64,000 bases of DNA. Origin: Gracilinanus agilis (Eukaryota). This document shows positions 51,466 through 63,350 of the stretch, piece by piece. The position numbers and the translations under genes are program-made. Position 1 is the stretch's first letter. Each line of letters begins with the position of its first letter. The notes under the pieces are model-generated. The model saw nothing but the letters and a program-made list of their open reading frames with translations. It was not told the DNA's origin and made no database searches. The stretch is from positions 518,178,263 through 518,242,262 of the forward strand of contig NC_058133.1 in NCBI RefSeq assembly GCF_016433145.1. Reading direction: 5' to 3'.

Positions 51466-53489
51466 CCTAACCGTGAATGTGAATGGGATGAGCTTACCCA
51501 TAAAATGGAAGTGGATAGCAGAAATTATTAGTCACTAGAATCCAACAATATGTTGTTTACAGGAGGTATATTTGAAACAAAAACCACAAATAAAATTAAA
51601 ATAAAGGGCTAGGGCAGAATCTATTGTACTTGAGCAAATGTAAAAAAAAAAAAAAAAAGGCATACAGAGCAATCATGATATCAAAGAAAAAAGCAAAAAT
51701 AGACCTAATTAAGATAATCATAGAAGCTTCATTTTGCTAAAAAGATATCTTAGACAATGAAGTAATATTGAAAAATTTTACAACAAACTTCACTAAGGCC
51801 TTATTTTTCAAATACATATAAAGATAAGACAAATTTATCAAAAAATAACTATTCAAAACAAAGTTCAAAGTTAACCCCAAAGGAGCCATGATTAAAACCC
51901 ACAGTCAAAAAAGAAATTGTTGGAATATGATTACAGAGAAAGCATATTATCCTTCACTTTATTTCCTTCAGGAGCTTTTTATTGTACACATATGTGTCTT
52001 CAGTCATGACACAAGGAATATGGAAATATGTATTGTATGAAAGCACAGATATAACCTATATCAGACTATTTATGGCCTCAGGGAGGGGGTATGATGGGAG
52101 AGAAATTGAACTCGAAATATCAGAAAACAATTGTCAAAAAAAATTGCATGTAATTGAAAAAAGAAAATTCAATAAAAAATAAAATCATAATTATTCCCCT
52201 AATAATAAATAGTCAAAGCACATGAACAGGCTATTTTCAAAAAAAGAAATCAAAGATGTCCATAGTCATAGGGAAAAATATTTTAAATCACTATTGATTA
52301 GAGTAATGCAAATGAAATCAATTCTGAAGTACCACTTCACACCCGTTAGAAATAACAAATGCTAGAGAGGAAGAAAGAAAAAATGTATATTACTAAACTG
52401 TTAGTGGAGTTGTGAACTGGTCCAGTCATTCTGGAGAACAATTTAGAACTAAGCCCAAAGGGCTATAAATAGTACATACTCTATGACTTAGCAAAACAAC
52501 TACAAAGTCTATCTCCCAAAGAGAGGTAATAGACCTATATGTACAAAAATATTTATAGCAACTCTTTGTAGTGATAAAGAATTGGAAATTGAGGGAATGC
52601 TTTTATCAATTAGAGAATCCCCAAAGAAGTTCTTACATAAATTGTGATGGAGTACTATTGTATTCTAAGAAATGATGAAGGAGGTGGTTTTAGAAAAAAA
52701 GCAAAGTGAAGTGAGAAGAACCAGGAGAACATTGTGAACAGTAACAGAAATGTAATGATAATCAACTGTGAAAGACTTGGCTACTCTAATCAAGATAATA
52801 ATCCAAGACAATTCCAAAGGACTCAAAAAAAAAAAAAAAAAGCTATCCATCTCAAGAGAGATGTTGAATTCTGAGTACAAATTAAAGAATAATTTTCTCA
52901 CTTTAATTTTTCTGCCTTTTTTGCAATACAGCTAATATGGAAATATATCTTATACAATTTCACATGTATAAATGATATCATTTTGCTTGCCCTCTCAGTG
53001 GGTGGAGGGAGGGGAGGAAATGAGGGAGAAATTAAAAACTCAAAATGTAAAAAGAAAAGAATGTGTGTGTGTGTGTGTGTGTGTGTGTAGACACATTATA
53101 AATAGCCTCATCACTATCACAATTGTTGGTTTGGAGATGCCAGATGAAAGAGAGCATTGCCATTTTATCCAAGTAAATGATCCACTCTGTCCTGATTTGC
53201 CAGAGCATCAGGAAAGAATGAGGAGTAGGAATCTAGAAACCAAGATATTAAAGCTGACCTGGGGAAGTTCAGTTGGTTGTTTTTAAGGAAAAGGAAAAGG
53301 AAATTGTTCATTAATGCTGGTTTCAGGAATTCCTTTTCCTTTTTGGAGAGGTAGCCTTTCAAATAGGGCTACAGGCGAAATAGTAATACAAGGGAAAAAG
53401 CATATCTGCAGGGGAAGCTAGTTAAAAAACAAAGCCCCTTAAATAAAGTGAGGAAATGCAGGGTCCATCTCTCTTTGCCTCCACATTAA

Positions 53490-53960
53490 GAATCACTGTC
53501 CTTATAATGTCTTAAAATGTGGATTTTGCTGTTGGTCCTCAAATTCCAACATCCTTTGCCAAGGGGCAGTGAGTAGATATTCTACTGGAAGAACTGAATT
53601 GCATCAATCTGCACATCCTGCTATATTAGAATCCAGAAGACAGAAGGATGTTGCAGCTAACTGAAAGGCTGACTCATTGGTCCTCTTTAGAGAAGCAAAC
53701 AAAGAGGTTGGTGGAGTTGCTTTTATCATGAGTCCAAAGGCAACTGGAAGTACCTTCTCATTCAATATTTGATCATCTCATATTGCAGAACCCATCTCAC
53801 AACAAAAAGTCACATTTCTATAAGGTTTTAATGTTCTGAGGTTGTTTTTTACCTCAAATGAAAATCCTAAGGTACCTAGTATTAGTATTAACACCATTAT
53901 CTATTTTATGGATGAAGAAATTTCCATTCACAGTGCAAAAATATTGAATGTTGTAATAGG
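53490..53960 (+). mobile_element. Decayed RTE-clade LINE endonuclease fragment
   Basis: gagaagcaaacaaagaggttggtggagttgcttttatcatgagtccaaaggcaactggaag translates to an EANKEVGGVAFIMSPKATG-like RTE APE motif. Confidence 0.55.
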
Positions 53961-54149
53961 TATAGTTTAAAAGCAGATTTGTGTAAGCCTATTAGGGAGA
54001 GGGGATTGTCGCCCAGCTCTCTTGAGACCAGGTCCATTACTTTTTCTAAAATAAATTGTCTCCCTCTCCCTTCCTTCCTCCCCCACCTCAAAATTATATT
54101 ACTTGAATAAACTTGCATGGATGCCAAAAGCCCTAATCTCCACTATATA

Positions 54150-55140
54150 AACTTAATGTGAATACTAATGTTTGAAACGTTCTTAGGTATTATATGCAGT
54201 TCTAAATTCCAGGAAGATAACAGAATGAAAGAAATTTGGGTTCCACGTTTCCCTTATAAAAGGCAGTAGAAATATTGCTTCGAAACCCAAACTACAATAA
54301 ATTCTTGAAAGAAAATGAAAACAACTGAAACCATACAAAAAAGCATACTGACACACAACAAAGAAGAGCTTGGACCCAGTGAAAAAAGTTTGCCTATAAA
54401 GAAGTCGAGGTCAAAACTCTGGAAGAAAAATGAATTGAAATAAAATATGTATAGCATAAGAAAGAAAGGCAGAGTTTTTCCAAGATGGAATAAAGCGGAT
54501 GATGGACACACTGGAGGAATTAAAGGAATAAAGAAAATTGCAAAAAAAAAAATACTCTGAGATGAATTGTGCTTTCATCATTATCTATTTTATAATTGTG
54601 ATGTGCTGGGAACTGTCCTAATGTAACAGCACTAGAAACATGTGGGTTAACTGCTGGATGATGCTCTCTGGCTTGAGGGAAACAGAGGTTCAAACGAATG
54701 AATAAATTGATTGTAGATCTAATCTGTAGGCATGAGATTTGGGCAGGATAGCAAGGACAGAGAAACAGGGGAAGGAACAACCCCAAAAAGAAAATGCTTT
54801 TTTAAATGAGGATAGAGGTGTGGTTCGAGTTCTTGTCAAACTTAGAGCATAAAGTGTAAAATGTATAAATAATGGGAAAGTTTGGGAAAGGTGTGGTATT
54901 AATTTTGTAAGGGAGATTGTATCTTCTGACAAAATAGGTGCTTTAACAAAGAGTGAGAGACAATGCCACTTTATGACATCCTCGAGTAAAAAAAGGACTA
55001 AATGACTTATAACAATCAAGAGCTAGTGAGCAGATTGAAAAATAAAAAAAAACATAACCCAAGAATAAGATGCTTAAAAGAAACATAACCAAAGAATAAG
55101 ATTTGGCAAATAATTAGATGTGCCAAACGAGTCTAACAAG
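54150..55140 (+). mobile_element. Old LINE-1 ORF1/ORF2-junction fossil
   Basis: A-rich coding-like remnant; aacccaagaataagatgcttaaaagaaaca gives NPRIRCLKET, resembling the L1 ORF2 NPTICCLQET motif. Confidence 0.45.
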
Positions 55141-55726
55141 TTGAGGAACGCTGAGGCTGTGAGCTTGGATGACTGGGAACGAAAGGGAAGCCTTTAAATG
55201 ACTGGAAAGCTTAAAAAGGGGGGGGGGGAGGACATTGATTGTTCCTTTATAAATGCTATTAGTCTGTGGTAGGATCACATTTAGTTTTTTTTAAAGTTTG
55301 GGTTTTCAAGGGATGACTGGGAAGAAGATGATGTCCTTGACAAGAAGGGGGATGCTTAGAAGGACAGAGGTTGAGAGGAAAAATTAAGATCTCCCTTAGT
55401 CACACATCTCATGTCTGAGATCCAGTTTGAGATGTCTAATAAGCAGTTGCTGTGAGATTGTTGCTCAGGAAAGAAACTAGGACCAGTTATTTCGATCAAA
55501 GCATCATCTGTATAGATATGATGTAGATGTAGATATATAGAGATACGATCATTGAGTCATTGGAACTGATGATTTGAGGGAAGACAAGATGTTCCACAAC
55601 AGTCTTGGAGGACACTCATGGTTAAGGGGAAAGAAAATGGATGACTGTCTAGTAATGTGATCTTCCTCAGAGCAGCTATTGGTTTTGTTTCTTTGCTTCA
55701 ATATTCAGGTCCCGATACGTATAAGG

Positions 55727-55980
55727 GGGACAGTTGGGTGGAACAATGAATAGTGTTGGGCCTGGAGTCAAGAAGATTTCTCTTCTTGGGTTCAAATTTG
55801 GCCTCAGACACTTAGAACTTGTGGGACCCTGACCAAGTCCTATAACCCTGTTTACTTCAGTTTCCTCGTCTATCAAACAGGCTGGAGAAGGTCATAGTAA
55901 ACCACTCCGACATCTTTCCCAAGAAAACCCCAAATGGGGTCACCAAGAACCAGACATGACTAAAATATCCAAACAACAAC
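55727..55980 (+). mobile_element. CORE-SINE with RTE tail (MAR1-like)
   Basis: gggggacagttgggtgg...ctggagaagg...ccaagaaaaccccaaatggggtcacc...caacaac. Confidence 0.8.
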
Positions 55981-57058
55981 TCCACACAAAAATAATTTAA
56001 TAAATGCTTGTTGAATGGAATTGAATTAGTCAAGTATGGGTGAAACCCAACAAACTCCAAAACTGAGTGGTTCCCAGATTTATAATTGTGCCATTTCTCC
56101 TGGGAGATATGCTGGAGGCTATCAGGGAAAGAAATAGCACATTGTGGGCTATTAAGATTTGTCTCTTAGACTCCACAAACATCAATTGTCCTTCCCTTCC
56201 ATGTCAGGCTGCTCTGTCAAGCACACGGGGTCATCTGCCTGACATTCAGTCCCCTGACCTGGCTGTGCAGCTCCTACTCAAATTCACTATGAATGCTATT
56301 TTGGACTGTAACTTTAATTGGAAGAGTCTTTCTTACAAACTCAGTGACCTGTCAAAGGCCTTTTTTTGACCTTTTTTGACCTTTTCCTAAAGGTCTGGAC
56401 CTTCACCAACCCTTTTGTAGTCCTCCCAAACTCCCACATTCAGGGAAGAAAATCCCCAAACATCTGCTTGTCACCACCTAGAGCCACGTCCTCTCTCTAA
56501 ACCAGAAATGCTTCAAAGGACACGTCCAAGGATCTTCCTAAAATTGTTTAATTAAACATAATAGTGACCTCCTCTCATTCATCCATGGTCTGGCCTCCTT
56601 GGATGCTGAGGACCAGAAGGCCAGCTACTTATTAATGATGGATTCGGCCATGAGTTTTCATGAATCCATGAATATACGAAAGAATGCAAAATGGCCCTCC
56701 ATACTTCCTCCTTCACTCACCCACCCTCACATCAGGTTCTGGGAGTCACAGAAGAAGAGACTCATGGTTGGGTCACAATCATGGATCATGGATACGTTAA
56801 AGTGTGGCAATAGCCATGAAAAGACTTCTCTTTATTTCCTCCAATTGCACTCCGATGTACTCAATTCCCAGCAAAAGACCAGAAGAGAAGGTGTTACACT
56901 GAGATACATTTGTGGGAGCACCCCTGTCAGCGGGGGGCCTTAAACTCAACTTTAAATGAACCTCTGGCTATTTCTTTTCTGTGGAATAAACATGATTTCT
57001 CTCCCAGCGCCTCGAGATCTAGTCAATAGCTCTCAGGCTGACCTGTCTGTTAACATTA

Positions 57059-57262
57059 CACGCTGAGAATTTACCTCGGACAGGACACGCTGTCACACAT
57101 GCCCAGATTGCGTCTTTCATTATTCAGGACACCAAAATACAACATCTCTCACGCCAGGGGGCCACCAAAAGTGGATTCGAGACATGGGAGGCCTCCCACC
57201 GAGAGGCAGCCGGGCTTAGAGAATGAGTGAGTACATCCAGTGCACAACAGCAGGAAAGCGTG
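57059..57262. promoter_or_regulatory. Cluster of four GCGTG (XRE/DRE core) motifs in a CpG-enriched segment with no recognisable repeats
   Basis: CACGC at 57059, 57086 and 57150 (full TGGCGTGA on the minus strand); GCGTG at 57258. Confidence 0.4.
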
Positions 57263-59419
57263 TTTGGGCTCCAGGAATTAAGCAGCGTCTCTGAGCTAGC
57301 CAGGGGCATGCTTAGATCACTGCCCTCTGCCACCCACAAACACTTAAAGACCAGTGTGGGCAAACAGGCAGATCTCTAGTCTCCCAGGACAATTTTGTCC
57401 TTCAGACCTTCAGTTTCTTGGCTCAGGGGTTTGTTTGGGTTTGGTTTTCTTTATCAAACAAGACTCTCTAAAGAAACTTATTTCCATAAAATAGGAAAGC
57501 ATTTAGCCAGAAGATCTGGGTGTGACTCTTGGCTCTACTATTTTTTGGCAAAAGATTCTCTAGAGTCAGAAAACCTGGATTCAAGTGTCCATTCCGACGT
57601 ACCTTGCACAGTCTGGGCAAATGGCTTCATCCATCTCACTCTGCTTCCTCATCTGTTAAATGGCGGGTTGGGTTAGATCATCCCTGAAGTCCATAAATCT
57701 GCACTCCGAGACCTCCCTGAGCCTCCAATCACTCATTGTAAAATAAACTGATTACTGATTGGACTATGTGACCCCTGAAATCACTTCTAGGTCCAAATTC
57801 GTTTTCTGTGATGTTCCTTGGACATCTTGCTTTGGGTTTGGGGCTTCAGAGCTAGAAGGGACTTTAAAGACCATTTAATCCAACCTCTTCATTTTACAAA
57901 TGAGGAACATAAAGGGGAAGACAGCTAGAGTGACTTGTCCAGAGTCACAAAATCAGTGTCAGAGAATGAATTTGAATCGAAGACTCTCTCTCCAAGATCT
58001 CATGGGTAGTTACTGAGTAAACTGGTAGAACCAGGATTTGAACTCAGATGCCCAGGCTCCAAGTATAGCATTCTTCCCACTGACTCAGTTGTCCCAAGTC
58101 TATCCACTTCTTCCAAACTATTCCCAGATGAGACTGTTTTCTAAACACCATCCCTCTGTCCAAGAACCAAAGTGAATCTGTTTCTTTCAAATCACCCCCA
58201 AATGACCAATCCAAACAATTCAGCTAAGTATTTCAGGTCTCCTGACAATGACCTCTCCCTGCCTCACCCCTCAACAAGAGTCCTTAGGACCGTGGCCACA
58301 GCCCAACCAAGCCCATAAACTTGGCTGGAGAAAAAGAAGTGGAATCACTAATCATGACTTTAGCTCCTCTCCTCGGGACACTCCTGAGCTTTCTGTGGAC
58401 TAGTTCAGAGTGGTGATAATAGCAGCCCTTCCAGGCTGCTCTTATTTTCTACTCATATTTCCTGGGACAAAAAAGGAATTTTAATCTTCCTCAAAGTTTC
58501 TGATCTGGTACCATCCTATGAAATTTCAGCCTGGAGAAGAAGAGGCCCCAGGGCTCCTGATGGGCTAAGTGCTCCTCCGAGGGACCCATTTTTAAGCATA
58601 TTTGGCAAGCCTGCCTCCATCCATAGAAATCCCCCTTCTAGTTAGAGGGGTGCACTCTCAATTTGCATGGAGAGATGTCCTTCCCAACACACCTTCTTTG
58701 CAGATTCACTTCTGAGGAAGGATGTCTAAGAATTCAGACATCAAAAGAATCACCCCCAAATTGCTCCCAAACACTTAGAATCTGCCTGACTAGAGTAAAA
58801 ATAACAACTCAAATCTATTCTCCTTATTTCTCCAAAGAATTTGTTGAGTTCATTTTCAAAAAGAAAAACAAAAGGAGATACTTTTCTGCCTGCTGCCCTC
58901 CCCAGTCTTATCCAGTTTAGTACACTGGGGTGTTGCAGGCATTTTAATTTTGAAAGGTTTGCTGCTAATAGGCCCAAAGGGGGGCAATAAGTCTGATAGT
59001 ACGCCCCGACTAACAGCACCTTACATACTGGCTCAAGGTAACTCTTCTGTACAGACTCGCTGTGGATAGTAAACAAGGATCCTCCAAGGAGACATCCAGC
59101 TTAGAGCCTGAACCCGGGTACTCCCCACTGAATTTTTTTCATTCATTCAGGATAGTATAAATATCCTTTTGCTAATGAAATATCAAGTAACAATAATGGA
59201 GGGAGTAATAGAAATATAATGGCGATCATTCCTACAGTATTTTATAAATAGTATCTCATTTTATCCTCTGATAGCTCATTTTATTCCTAAGTGCTATTAT
59301 TTTCCCTGTTTTATCGTTGAGAAACTAAGTCAAGTGGCTAAGAATCAAGAAACTATATGACTTGTCCAGGATCTCAGTGCTCATGAATGTTTAAAACTAG
59401 ACTTGAATTCAAGTATTCC

Positions 59420-60720
59420 TATCAATTAATCCATCAATCAATATTTATTAAGTGACTGTTATTTGATGGGCACTGCGCTAAGGTCTGGGGATACAAGAAG
59501 AACCAAAAGAGAATCTCTGCTCTCACGGAGCTTGTAGTGTAATTGGGGAGGCAACATGCAAATAAATGTCCACAAAGCCACCTACGTACAGCCTAAATCT
59601 GCCCTTTATCCTTCATTTCAAAGAGGATCAAGGACGTCATGGAATGATGTCTTGACTTGCACGTGAATTGCATTTAAGTGAAGCAGAATTGCACAAAGTA
59701 ATCAACTTCACTCTCTCTTCCAGACTCATTAAAGTCCAGTGGAGATAATTTGAATTAAGAGGGAGAAGGATCCTGGAAGGTAGAATTTTAATTTATTTTC
59801 ACTTTAGCTAAATTTAATCTTAATTGAGACTTAAAGGGAGCAGAAAGGTTTGGTGTAGAAGAGGGAGGGCATTCTGAGCAGAGGGGACAGACAGAGGAAT
59901 TGTCTGGAGTGATGAGATGGAGTGTCTCCTTTGTTTGGTTGATCCTGGACCCAGCCAAGAAGCCCGGGTCACCGGATCAAAGTATTGGGGAGTAAAGTGT
60001 AAGAAAAGTAGAAAGAAAGGAGAGGGGCAGCTTATAAAGGTCTTTGAACTCCAACTAGACCAGGGGTTGGCAACGTATGGCTCTCGAGCCATATCTGGCT
60101 CTTTTGAGGGCCAGATCTGGCTCTTTCTGCAGGAGCCATAAAGTCCATTTTTTTTTTCAGGCACTGTTACAGGAGCGGCACTGTGAGCACTGTACAGCTC
60201 TCATGAAATGACATTTTTTAAAATGTGGCGTTTATGGCTCCCACAGCCAAAAAGGTTGCCGACCCCTGAACTAGAGGGTCTTTGCTCCTACAGGGGACTG
60301 GGCCACTGGAGTTTATTGAGTAGAGGATGACATGATCAGACATTCGCTTTAGGAAGATTATTTTGGGTGGCTGAATGAAGGATGGATTGGATGGGGAGAG
60401 ACCTGAAGTGGCTATTGTAATAATCCAGGTTTGAAGTGCACCAAAGAGGGAACAGTGTCAGAGGAGGGAATGGGGCACATTCAAGAGTCTGCAGAGGTGA
60501 GAATGATAGGCACTGTATTGGATAGTGGGGGAGGGAGGTAAAAGAGAATGGGGAACCCAGAGTGATTCCGAGGTTGTGAGCCTGAGGGACTGAGAAGATA
60601 ATGTTGCCCTCTTCAGTAATAGGCAAAGTTTAGGAGGAAAGATGATGAGTTCAGTTTTTGGAAATATTGAATTTAAAATGTCTTCCTGACTTAAGGTAGA
60701 AGATTCTCTCCACTGTGCCA
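59420..60720 (-). mobile_element. L2 LINE fragment interrupted by a marsupial SINE (about 59600-59750) and the family C hAT MITE
   Basis: caatcaatatttattaagtgactg... L2 3' end; body resumes at 59820 and 60270. Confidence 0.65.
60061..60268. mobile_element. hAT MITE, family C, inserted in an L2 remnant
   Basis: TIRs caggggttggcaac / gttgccgacccctg; TSD aactagac / aactagag. Confidence 0.88.
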
Positions 60721-62379
60721 TTTAATTGCCTTCAGTACATCGTTAGCCATCCAGCGAGCATGTTTCATTTCCTGTCATTAATCAGGGTTGAGAATAAGTT
60801 CTAAACCTCCAAATTATTCCCATGATCAGGGAGAAAGCATTGGACTGGTTAAATGAGAATAGTTATCTGGGCATTTTGGGGATCTAGAGTTTTCATTAGT
60901 GACTGGCTTAACATCTTCCCATTGGTAACTTTCTCTTGTGGTCTCCATTTTTTGGAAGGACCCTGATGGCCCAGGTCAGAACCATGACCCTGGGGTCTTC
61001 ATATCCCATCTCCTCTTCCCCCTTTCAGATCCCTCATGTATTCCCAAAGACAGGAAGTATCTTTCTTTTTGCTTATATTTATATCTTCAGAATTTAGTGC
61101 AGTGCCTGGCCCATTTTAAGCACTTAATAAATTCTTGTTTACCTCCTCCCCCCTTGACCTTCATCAGCTAAAACACTCCAACCAAGATTCATCCACAATC
61201 ACCTTTCCTTTGTTGATGTGGCCGCATGCTTATCTTAGAATCTTGGGATTATAGATTTTGAGTTGAAAGGGAATTTAGACTTTAAAGATGAGAAAACTAG
61301 AACAAAAAGATGTTAAGGCTCTTACTCAGGGTCAATATGAAAGCAAGATTGGGAAAAAGCCATATCTGATTAAGCGAAAATAACACTGTCCATCCCAAGA
61401 CTATATTAAAAGAAAAACAACTTTTATCATCCAGAGTCTCATTAGTGAGGACTCTCCACTCTCAATCTATCCATTTCGGTCTTCATTTTGTTTATTTGGA
61501 TGTGAGGTTATCTCAAAAGAATTTCATTTCCAGTGGAAAATAAGGGCATTGGGTTTCTTGATGACTTGATGAACCCTTTCAAAGCTGCTGTTTTAAGGCA
61601 TCTCTGCCTCCCCTCCTCCCTTTGAGAAATTCTTTAGCTGCAAGTTTTACATTATTAATGCCCCAGAAGAGCCCAATGGCTGCACTGCACCACTGACTTC
61701 CAACAAACAACATGGTCAACTCAAGGGAAAAAAGTCCATATGGGTTTTAAACCACAAAAATTAACTTTGATGATTTCAGGCACACTTTTTTAAAAATCCC
61801 AAATATTTCATGCCTCTATTAAATTGCTATTATTTCTATTTCTCAATACTCTTTTTCTTATTTCACTCCTGATGCATCAGAGATGCTTTCTGAAAAGGGA
61901 GTTGGCGAAAAAAAACAAGCTTCATTTGACACCAGTCTGCTTACTAATTCAGGAGATGAGTTCAAGCTTAAAAAAAAAAAAAGCCCATTAAACATGGAGT
62001 TGGAGTGTTAGTAGGAAAAAAGGATGCAAAGACTAGATGGACGTGGTTCAAAAGGGAAAAGGCTCTTTCCATTCATTCTAGAAGTAGAATAATGACTTCA
62101 AATCCATTCTCATTTAGAAAAAAAAATATTCAAAGTAAAATGAAGAGTGAGATATCAAATTCAGGAAAACTTTCAGGTCAGAAAATATGAGTCCTTTTCA
62201 AGCAGATATTTTTGAATATACAGTGATGGCCCACCATAGTTGAATTGGGTAAGCCTAGAAAAGACAGTTATCAACCGAGGTTCATCCTTGGTTTCTTGGA
62301 AAATTAGGACAACACAATTCCCACTACCATGAGACATGAAATAGATTGACTCAAAATACCACTAGATTTTTTAAAATAC

Positions 62380-63350
62380 CAACACTCACATTTCAACATT
62401 GTCGTCAAAACCATCTATACCAAAATATGACAAAGGATGTTGTGCAGTGATCGTATCGAACGAGCAAGGGTAGGGAAAGACCTGAGAAGGTAGTAAAGGC
62501 TTCAAAAAGGAAAGCATGATGAAGATGATGATGATGATAAAAGCTTATTTAACAAATGTACCACTAGAAAGGAGGTAGCAAAACAAATGTTGAAATGTCT
62601 GGCAAACCCACTCTCCAGACTTCTTGAATACGAATTTGTATGTTTGTTACCAAGTCTATCATCCTAAATCAAAAATATATGCACAAGCACACATGTACAC
62701 AGGCATGCCTGGAAGACTAATGGACAACACCCTAAAATAAACAGAAGTAATAAAGCACACAGCATACAGTGCAGGAGAAGTCTGAAATTAAATGAAAAGG
62801 TTTAAAATCTATTGGGGGAGGGTTAAAATGCAAGAAAAAATATAGAACAATTGCTTTTCTAAATAATAGATCGCTTTTTGCTTTATCATCGATGTCAAAA
62901 GACCAATTGAAAGTCACAAAGAAGAGCCTCCTTAGATCAGTTTAGGACTTGCAATCGTATCCTTTGATCTTCGTTCGAATCATACATTCATTTCTACACT
63001 GTTCTTGAACCCATCTGTCCCAAAATATGACAAAGGACACACGTTCTGTGCCAAAGATGCAAAAGGGAGAGAGGACCTGGAAAGGGATTAAGTGTTATAA
63101 AAAGGAAAGGATGATGAAGGAGAGAATGAAAGCATATTTGCCAAATATAACACTGCATGGGCTACAACATAGAGGAAGGATTGATGCCTGGAAAACCCAC
63201 TCTCCAGATTTCTGGGGTGAGAAATGGGGGCTCCAATGAACAGTGTTGTTATTCCCTGACACAAATGCACATACAGACACATGAACATGTACAAATACAC
63301 AAAATACATCTGGAGGAACAGTTGACATCATCGAACAAACAGATGCTCCT
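62380..63350. repeat. Diverged tandem duplication, about 370-bp alignable core, 600-bp period
   Basis: ccatct..ccaaaatatgacaaagga at 62411 and 63011. aaaaggaaag.atgatgaag, aaagc.tattt..caaat.ta.cact and tg.ctgg.aaacccactctccaga.ttct recur at the same offset. Confidence 0.8.

Larger units (their letters stand above)
48500..53060 (+). mobile_element. Degenerate, internally deleted LINE-1 (5'UTR, ORF1 about 49180-50300, inter-ORF, ORF2 pieces, 3'UTR with A-rich tail) carrying nested insertions
   Basis: A-rich coiled-coil ORF1 remnant including a RIIELPKIHEQKNSL-like motif and TAYPAKLSIIFQ. ORF2 start (aatgtgaatgggatgagc...ccaacaatatgttgtttacaggag) and an L1 3' end are present. Ends approximate. 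Confidence 0.85.

Noticed and set aside
58750-59130. 108-aa minus ORF and a TAT|gtaagg donor considered as an AHR or AHR2 exon
   Set aside because: No AHR motif in any frame, and no convincing polypyrimidine acceptor.
62516-63190. ATGATGA in both duplicated units considered as C/D-box snoRNA box C
   Set aside because: The matching downstream position is CTGG rather than the box D CTGA, and there is no terminal stem.
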